NCBI GenBank assembly: GCA_041695085.1
Contig: JBGFRO010000020.1
Span: forward strand, 130,732-194,731
DNA length: 64,000 nt
DNA from: Bacteroidota bacterium
GTDB taxonomy: Bacteria; Bacteroidota; Ignavibacteria; UBA10030
Direction: 5' to 3'
The translations under genes were made by a program, and so were the position numbers. Positions within the stretch are counted from its first letter, which is position 1. Every line of letters starts with the position of its first letter. Below, piece after piece: positions 58,439-64,000 of the stretch. The notes under the pieces were generated by a model. That model was not told where the DNA came from, ran no database searches, and was given only the letters and a program-made list of their open reading frames with translations.

Positions 58439-59167
58439 ATGAATACTTCAGGCCGTATTGTCCGTTCTTATGAGCCGACAAACAGGCAACGACGCTTGGT
58501 GGTGTTTCTTGTACAAGTGCTCGTGCCGGTTCTGTTTGGAATTACCTGCACGCAAGTTACTGCACCCGTGACAGAGCTTCCGAAGGAACTTATGCCGCTG
58601 ACCGTGGGAAACAAATGGAGGTACTTATCGGGTCTTTTCAATCCGCCCGACACAACGATATTCGAAATCACGAGGAAGATGCCGGTAACGATTGACAGTG
58701 TGACATACGATGCTTCGGCATATATCTACTATCGACAGGGAGGAACAAAACCCGAGTTTGAATGGCTCCACTGGAACGGTGCCGACGGCCTCTATTGGCT
58801 GGGTGGAGTTTCTGGAAGAGACTCACTCTTCATCAAAAAGCTTGGTTTCAAATATCCCGCCGAGGTTGGTGAATCATGGTTAGTTCCGATCCTCGCCTAT
58901 TCTCGTTCTGATGAGCGGTTTTACATACGTGATACGCTTACCTTCCACGTGATTGCCACGGATGAAGAGATTGAGACCCCCGCAGGAAAGTTTAAGTGCT
59001 ACGTTTACAAGTACAGCAGGAAGCCCGCGGATGATGTCTTAGAACGTTGGGATTACTATGAGTATTATTTTCCTGGTCTCGGTCCCGTCGCGTTTATTAG
59101 CAGAGGGCAATCAGACCAACGACTGATAGACAGGGCTGTATTATATGATTATCAGATGAGGAAATGA
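58439..59167 (+). CDS. hypothetical membrane-anchored protein, tandem paralog B
   Basis: See paralog A. The duplicated unit (about 831 bp) begins inside the last codons of the CNNM gene (gaggaatccgctgaaagtctagcgctg). Confidence 0.6.
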   Translation: MNTSGRIVRSYEPTNRQRRLVVFLVQVLVPVLFGITCTQVTAPVTELPKELMPLTVGNKWRYLSGLFNPPDTTIFEITRKMPVTIDSVTYDASAYIYYRQGGTKPEFEWLHWNGADGLYWLGGVSGRDSLFIKKLGFKYPAEVGESWLVPILAYSRSDERFYIRDTLTFHVIATDEEIETPAGKFKCYVYKYSRKPADDVLERWDYYEYYFPGLGPVAFISRGQSDQRLIDRAVLYDYQMRK

Positions 59168-59222
59168 TTTTTAACCGTTCGTTCTTATCTTCTTGCCACT
59201 TCTACGAAGGGAGGTTACTTTC

Positions 59223-59300
59223 ATGAAGAATTCCTGCATTCGCGTTGTGATGTTCCTTTGGTGGGCCTTCAACAGCCTCGTCTTCTCTCAAGAGAAGTGA
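59223..59300 (+). pseudogene. 25-codon remnant of a secreted-protein gene start (signal peptide only)
   Basis: RBS gaagggagg, then MKNSCIRVVMFLWWAFNSLVFSQEK, then a stop. Lies immediately before repeat copy 1. Confidence 0.35.
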
Positions 59301-59316
59301 GATCTATCTGGTTCGA

Positions 59317-59674
59317 GAGGAATCTCATTGAAGCTCTTGAAGTCAGAAAGGTTGGATCGAATCCTCAGACAATTCTTGAGCGTTTGCAAGAGTTAGAAAG
59401 AGAGAACAATGAAAATGAAGGCAAGCTGACTGTGTTGAAGGCCGAGAGAAGTGTTGATTCACGTTGCAACGAAACCTCACATTTGGTAGCAAACTTCATC
59501 CTAAACTTTGAAGAAGAGTTCGAGAGGTCGGACCCTTACCGCAAAAAAGCCCTCCTCAAGCAATGCATCTCTGACATCTTGGTCGACCGGGAGAGAAAGG
59601 TTGTCCGCTTTTCTGTCCGCAGAATCCCGGTTATGACTGCAGAGATAGAATCCCTGCTAAAAGAACATCAAAAG
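59317..59674 (+). repeat. 357-bp direct repeat copy 1 encoding a large-serine-recombinase C-terminal tail (gene fragment)
   Basis: Translation ..LERLQELERENNENEGKLTVLKAERS..FEEEFERSDPYRKKALLKQCISDILVDRERKVVRFSVRRIP.. resembles the coiled-coil/terminal region of large serine recombinases. About 98.6% identical to 63552-63908. No catalytic N-domain. Confidence 0.5.
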
Positions 59675-60075
59675 TTGGGGCAGATATTATGCCTATCTGC
59701 CACATATACGTGATGAGACGTAAAAAACGTTTGATTGTAATATTCCAACAGTGATGATATTTTCGGCACATTCACGGTCAACGTGCCATTGATATAAGCA
59801 TCTCCGGCCATCTATCTTTACCTCTCCGAATCCACTTACCGTTCACTCTGTTATCTCGTTCCTTTGTTCGAGATTTTCGAGTAACCAGCAAATGATCATT
59901 CTGGGCCCTTCCACATCATGGGTGCACAGTGCACCTGCCATTCCGGTATCCACTGTCCTATGAGGCACCGCTCTCAGTTACAATAGCGTTGGAACCGACC
60001 GCATGACTCTTTTTTTCTGTATCTTTACATTAACTCCAGAAAATTCGATTCACCCCATAAGTGGTGTTCAATCCT

Positions 60076-60645
60076 ATGGAAGCCATTATCAAATACCTCC
60101 GGGATCACAAGGGTTATGGCCGTATGAAAGACATGAAAGCGAGCGGTTTCCAAACCCGTGATATCCGAAAACTCGTTGAGGACGGCCAGCTGGTTAAGGT
60201 CAAGGCGGGACTCTACCGGCTTGCCGACATTCGCCCGGGAGAAACAACCGGACTCGTCGAGATCTGCCTCGCCATGCCCAAGGCTGTCATTTGTCTCACT
60301 TCGGCCCTGGCTTTTCACGGACTCACGACGTTTGTTCCAACGGCGATCTCTTTTGCTATTCCAGCGTCGGATAAACCGATCGATCTCTCGTATCCGCCAA
60401 GCCAGCCGTATTTCTTTTCCGAAAACCAGTACAAAGCCGGCATCGAGCATCACGAAACAAAGGAAGGACATATCCGAGTCTATGGTCCCGAGAAGACCCT
60501 CTGTGATCTCTTTCGTTTCAGGAACAAACTCGGTGAGGATATCGCTCTTGAGGGACTCAAGGAATACCTCAAACGACGCAGTCGAGACCTGAACAAACTG
60601 ATGAAGTTCGCGCAGGTGTGCCGGGTGAAAGGAACCGTCTCATAA
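60076..60645 (+). CDS. AbiEi-like antitoxin N-terminal-domain protein (orphan, no adjacent cognate toxin)
   Basis: ATG at 60076. N-terminal wHTH of AbiEi_4 type (IIKYLRDHKGYGRMKDMKASGFQTRDIRKLVEDGQLVKVKAGLYRL). Confidence 0.55.
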   Translation: MEAIIKYLRDHKGYGRMKDMKASGFQTRDIRKLVEDGQLVKVKAGLYRLADIRPGETTGLVEICLAMPKAVICLTSALAFHGLTTFVPTAISFAIPASDKPIDLSYPPSQPYFFSENQYKAGIEHHETKEGHIRVYGPEKTLCDLFRFRNKLGEDIALEGLKEYLKRRSRDLNKLMKFAQVCRVKGTVS

Positions 60646-60808
60646 TATGTAAAGGCCATCGTTGGATGAAGAAGAAACCGGTCAAATCGCCTTTAGTTTC
60701 CTATCCCCCTCCGAGTTGCATTTCATTCCAAAAAAAAGTATCTATCAGTCGCAAAAGGGGACAGAAAATGTCCACTTCTGCTACTGATAGAACCAAACAC
60801 GGACTCAT

Positions 60809-61603
60809 ATGGAACCGAAAGATTTACCCGATTTCGTCGACCACCTTCAAAGCGCGGGCAGATATTGCTTCACAAAAGAAGAAGCCAAGAGTCAGACGGG
60901 CCTGGATAACGGCGCCCTGAAAAAGGCACTGTGGAGAATGGAAGACAAGAATCGAATCAGAATGATCAAGCGCGGCTTCTACGTCATCGTACCGTTGGAA
61001 TACTTGCGCTCGGGTATCATTCCGCCAGAGTGGTTCATAGCTGACTTGATGAAGTTCATGGGCCAGCCTTACTATGTCGGGCTCCTCTCTGCAGCAGCAA
61101 TGCATGGCGCTGCACACCAGCAGCCTCAGGAGTTTCACGTTGTGGTACCAACTCCACAAAGAGATATTCGGGTTGACGGACTTCAAATAAAATTCTTCAA
61201 GAAAGCAGGGATGCGAAATTCTCCGGTCGATCAGGTGAAAACGTCGACGGGCTATATGCGCATTTCGAATCCCGCTGTCACAGCAATTGATCTTGTCGCG
61301 TACTCAGGACGTGTGGGGGGATTAGATCGAGTGTTGACGGTTCTTCAAGAGCTGAGCGAGAAGATCACACCCGATATGTTAGTTGAGGCGGCCAACAAAG
61401 AAAAGCAAATGTCGTTTGTCCAACGTTTGGGTTGGTTGTTAGAGAAAGCCGGAAAAGGAGATCTCGTCAGCAAGCTGGCGAACTGGATTTCAAAGAAGAA
61501 ACCCAGGCGAACACCACTTGACCCCGCCCTTTCAAGAAAGGGCTTTCCAAGGAACTCACGCTGGAATGTCGTTATCAACACCGAAGTGGAGGGTGAACTC
61601 TGA
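60809..61603 (+). CDS. abiEi: type IV toxin-antitoxin/abortive-infection AbiEi-family antitoxin (transcriptional regulator)
   Basis: 264 aa with N-terminal wHTH (..ALKKALWRMEDKNRIRMIKRGFYVIVP..) and a C-terminal AbiEi domain. Immediately followed by the AbiEii-type gene. Confidence 0.65.
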   Translation: MEPKDLPDFVDHLQSAGRYCFTKEEAKSQTGLDNGALKKALWRMEDKNRIRMIKRGFYVIVPLEYLRSGIIPPEWFIADLMKFMGQPYYVGLLSAAAMHGAAHQQPQEFHVVVPTPQRDIRVDGLQIKFFKKAGMRNSPVDQVKTSTGYMRISNPAVTAIDLVAYSGRVGGLDRVLTVLQELSEKITPDMLVEAANKEKQMSFVQRLGWLLEKAGKGDLVSKLANWISKKKPRRTPLDPALSRKGFPRNSRWNVVINTEVEGEL

Positions 61604-61620
61604 TCCCGCGTGCCTACATC

Positions 61621-62388
61621 GTGGAGTGGCGTTCATTCGCTCCATGGATTTCCGATGCCCAGCTCGAGCAGGATCTCATCATTTGTCGAGCGCTGATTTC
61701 TCTGTTCTCGAACAAGCTCATAGCAGAAAATCTTGCGTTCCGGGGCGGCACTGCTCTCCACAAGCTTTTCTTAAAACCGCCGTCGAGATACTCAGAGGAC
61801 ATCGATCTTGTTCAAATGAAAGCTGGTGCCATCGGTCCTATGATAGATGCGGTACGCGAGGCACTTGACACTATACTGGGTGAGCCGCGACGCCAGCGGG
61901 GAGAGGACTCGGTAACCTTGGCGTACCGAGTGGAATCGGAAATTCCGCCTGTGGTACCTTTGAAGCTCAAGGTTGAAATCAACACTCGCGAGCACTTCAG
62001 TGTGCTTGGATACAAGGAATATCCATTTTCTATCGAGTCGAGATGGTATTCCGGTGCCTGCGTGCTGAGAACTTATGGGTTGGATGAGTTGCTCGGTACG
62101 AAACTCCGCGCGTTGTATCAGCGACGGAAAGGAAGAGACCTCTTCGATCTCTGGTTAGGCTTAACTGATGGAAAAGCAAATCCTAAAAACGTCGTTCAAA
62201 TATTCCGGAAATATATGAAGGAAGAAGGCCTCAAGGTTTCCCAAAGAGAATATCGTGACAACCTTGCAAAGAAGATGAAAACAAAAGCGTTCTTAGCCGA
62301 TACGGACAATCTCTTGAGACCGGGCATCGAGTACGATCCCCATAAGGCCTATCAATTTGTTGACCAGAATGTTCTTGGACTGCTTTAA
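61621..62388 (+). CDS. abiEii: AbiEii/AbiGii-family nucleotidyltransferase toxin (DUF1814)
   Basis: GTG start. FRGGTALHKLF..SEDIDL nucleotidyltransferase motif is typical of AbiEii. Confidence 0.7.
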   Translation: MEWRSFAPWISDAQLEQDLIICRALISLFSNKLIAENLAFRGGTALHKLFLKPPSRYSEDIDLVQMKAGAIGPMIDAVREALDTILGEPRRQRGEDSVTLAYRVESEIPPVVPLKLKVEINTREHFSVLGYKEYPFSIESRWYSGACVLRTYGLDELLGTKLRALYQRRKGRDLFDLWLGLTDGKANPKNVVQIFRKYMKEEGLKVSQREYRDNLAKKMKTKAFLADTDNLLRPGIEYDPHKAYQFVDQNVLGLL

Positions 62389-62390
62389 GG

Positions 62391-62858
62391 TTGATTGTAG
62401 AAATACGAAAAATCCACCTTCAGATTGCCCTTATTATCGTTTTCTTCCTCGGCTTCGCGAGGATTGGTAATGCCCAACAAGCATCCCCCTGGGACGTCTA
62501 CTTCTCTCCCCGGGGCGGAGCCACGTTTGCAATCCGGCCAGCACACGACAACGCAAAATCATCCGTCCTTGTCCAGGCCTATTCCTTCACCTCGGCACCC
62601 ATCGCCGAGGCTTTGGTCAACGCATATAGGCGGGGTGTCAAAGTCCAAGTGCTGCTGGATAAAAGCCAGCGGACAGGGAAATACTCCTCCTCCGACTTTC
62701 TGGTCAACGCCGGCATCTCAGTCAAAATCGATGCTGCACACGCCATTGCTCACAACAAGGTGATGATCATTGATAAGGAAACGGCGAGAGAATCAATTCC
62801 ACTTCTCCCCGCCGCACCAACTCCATCACTTGATCAGCCGATCCACCGGGAACAATGA
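62391..62858 (+). CDS. secreted phospholipase-D-like (Nuc-type) nuclease domain protein, possibly C-terminally truncated
   Basis: Signal peptide, then a PLD HxK motif (AHNKVMIID). The sequence after the motif does not continue like canonical Nuc (expected GSxNFT..). Confidence 0.5.
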   Translation: MIVEIRKIHLQIALIIVFFLGFARIGNAQQASPWDVYFSPRGGATFAIRPAHDNAKSSVLVQAYSFTSAPIAEALVNAYRRGVKVQVLLDKSQRTGKYSSSDFLVNAGISVKIDAAHAIAHNKVMIIDKETARESIPLLPAAPTPSLDQPIHREQ

Positions 62859-62939
62859 AAGACGAGATGATGACATTGGTATCGAGCGTGATTCGCATTC
62901 ACTTTGCACCGTTACAAAGTTCGCTGATTCAAACGGGGA

Positions 62940-63176
62940 CTATTTGCGGACTTCATCCACAAGACGCTCGATCTTGTCTTCCGTCTCCACCTTCAGCGCA
63001 GCAGCACGCTCCCGCACGGCACGTCGAAATCCCTTGTCGCTTTGGAGGTCCAAATACAGCCGAAGCGCGTCACGCACCACCTCGCTTTTTGTTCGGTGCT
63101 CCTTCTTTGCCATTTTCTCGGCTTCACGCAAAAGACGCGGCGGAATTGAAACCGTTACAACCTTACTTTGTCTCAT
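62940..63176 (-). CDS. ribbon-helix-helix (CopG/ParD-like) DNA-binding protein
   Basis: Start at MRQSKVVTVSIPPRLLREAEKMAKKEH.. (ATG 63176; the longer ORF runs to 63230). Classic RHH beta-strand plus two helices. Confidence 0.7.
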   Translation of the reverse strand: MRQSKVVTVSIPPRLLREAEKMAKKEHRTKSEVVRDALRLYLDLQSDKGFRRAVRERAAALKVETEDKIERLVDEVRK

Positions 63177-63193
63177 AGCTCTAAATTCCCTAT

Positions 63194-63210
63194 GTATTAC
63201 ACTGTAATAC
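63194..63210. promoter_or_regulatory. 17-bp perfect palindrome GTATTACA C TGTAATAC, candidate RHH operator in divergent promoter region
   Basis: Located 18 nt upstream of the RHH start and 42 nt upstream of the ATPase ATG. Confidence 0.5.
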
Positions 63211-63251
63211 AAATATAGTATTCGACACAACGATTGTCAAACATACCGACA

Positions 63252-63566
63252 ATGGATGCAGACTTAAGAAATGACACAACGTTTTTCGGCAGAACAGACG
63301 AGCTTTACCAACTGGTCAAGAACCTCCAGCGAGGAAGGCACACCCTTGTTCTCGGTCCCAAAGGCATCGGCAAAAGCAGACTGATGATGGAAGCAAAGGC
63401 AATCCTTGAAGGCAGGACAAAACGCATAGAATTCTCGGCCAATGTCATCGCACAACTGACCAGTCAACTTGGTGTTCGCATTCGTCCCGATCAATATAAA
63501 ATGCTCTACGTGGAGCATTCCGCGCCATTAAGTGATTGCCTCAATGAAGCGGAGGAATCTCATTGA
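63252..63566 (+). pseudogene. P-loop ATPase N-terminal fragment truncated by repeat copy 2
   Basis: Walker A GPKGIGKS. The ORF runs 14 nt into the 357-bp repeat and stops (about 105 codons). Confidence 0.45.
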
Positions 63567-63908
63567 AGCTCTTGAAGTCAGAAAGGTTGGATCGAATCCT
63601 CAGACAATTCTTGAGCGTTTGGAAGAGTTAGAAAGAGAGAACAATGAAAATGAAGGCAAGCTGACTGTGTTGAAGGACGAGAGAAGTGTTGATTCACGTT
63701 GCAACGAAACCTCACATTTGGTAGCAAACTTCATCCTAAACTTTGAAGAAGAGTTCGAGAGGTCGGACCCTCACCGCAAAAAAGCCCTCCTCAAGCAATG
63801 CATCTCTGACATCTTGGTCGACCGGGAGAGAAAAGTTGTCCGCTTTTCTGTCCGCAGAATCCCGGTTATGACTGCAGAGATAGAGTCCCTGCTAAAAGAA
63901 CATCAAAA
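63552..63908 (+). repeat. 357-bp direct repeat copy 2 (serine-recombinase C-terminal fragment), continuing to the window end
   Basis: See copy 1. Past the repeat the ORF continues ..KEHQKNKAVTEVMTAVSSGG.. to the window edge. Confidence 0.5.
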
Positions 63909-64000
63909 AAATAAGGCAGTCACAGAGGTTATGACTGCCGTTAGTAGCGGGGGCACACCCTTTACTCCAGACACAACCCCTTTTTATCGGATCTTTGAAA

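Noticed and set aside
59317-59674. Possible tRNA-like T-loop (ggatcgaatcc) inside the 357-bp repeat
   Set aside because: The flanking sequence cannot form acceptor, D or anticodon arms. The repeat is protein-like (recombinase tail), so this is a chance match to the GTTCGAATC T-loop consensus.
1-64000. CRISPR arrays, rRNA and tRNA genes
   Set aside because: No regularly spaced identical short repeats with unique spacers were seen, no rRNA-like conserved blocks, and no convincing cloverleaf candidates in the intergenic regions inspected. The tandem hairpin units at 24.4 kb and 47.7 kb are only two units per locus, with degenerate repeats rather than a CRISPR pattern.

Overview
High-GC (about 58-60%) chromosomal segment from a Bacteroidota/Ignavibacteria-like (FCB group) bacterium. 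The lineage call rests on TonB-dependent receptors, DUF3526-type ABC-2 permeases, a T9SS C-terminal sorting domain and three DUF5916/CBM9-like outer-membrane proteins. Content, 5' to 3': a 5'-truncated RND pump; a GHL10-family lipoprotein; a short run of decayed gene fragments, including an ACP 5' piece fused to a NagB-like 3' piece; an intact DUF4954-ACP-LeuA/homocitrate-synthase-like-NagB cassette; an AT-richer 2-kb insertion flanked by 105-bp direct repeats that copy the 3' end of a DUF5916 gene; an S9 peptidase; a synthase-dependent exopolysaccharide module (TPR/beta-barrel porin, processive GT2, GH26-like); an IS transposase remnant next to an XRE/S24 repressor; rsgA; a roughly 12-kb minus-strand operon (COG0523 GTPase-WD40-DUF5916-ABC ATPase-MerC-like-TonB receptor-two DUF3526 permeases, then DUF59); a zinc-homeostasis cluster (ZIP, DsrE-like, Cys-rich protein, second TonB receptor, short CDF) with a third DUF5916; a czc-type MFP-RND-CDF heavy-metal efflux operon; a phosphatase, MFS and CNNM transporters; and a lower-GC terminal region. 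That terminal region holds a recent tandem gene duplication and a small defense island (orphan AbiEi-like, AbiEi/AbiEii pair, secreted PLD-like nuclease, RHH repressor with operator, truncated P-loop ATPase) bracketed by two 357-bp direct repeats that encode only the C-terminal tail of a large serine recombinase. Several unannotated structured-DNA families recur: GTAGGTCG-headed perfect palindromes placed just downstream of stop codons, a GTAGG-hairpin plus TTGCGAAAAA motif, and a tandem CCGAAATC..GATTTCGG hairpin-unit element present at two loci, one of them inside the czcB-czcA intergenic gap. No rRNA, tRNA or CRISPR array was recognised.
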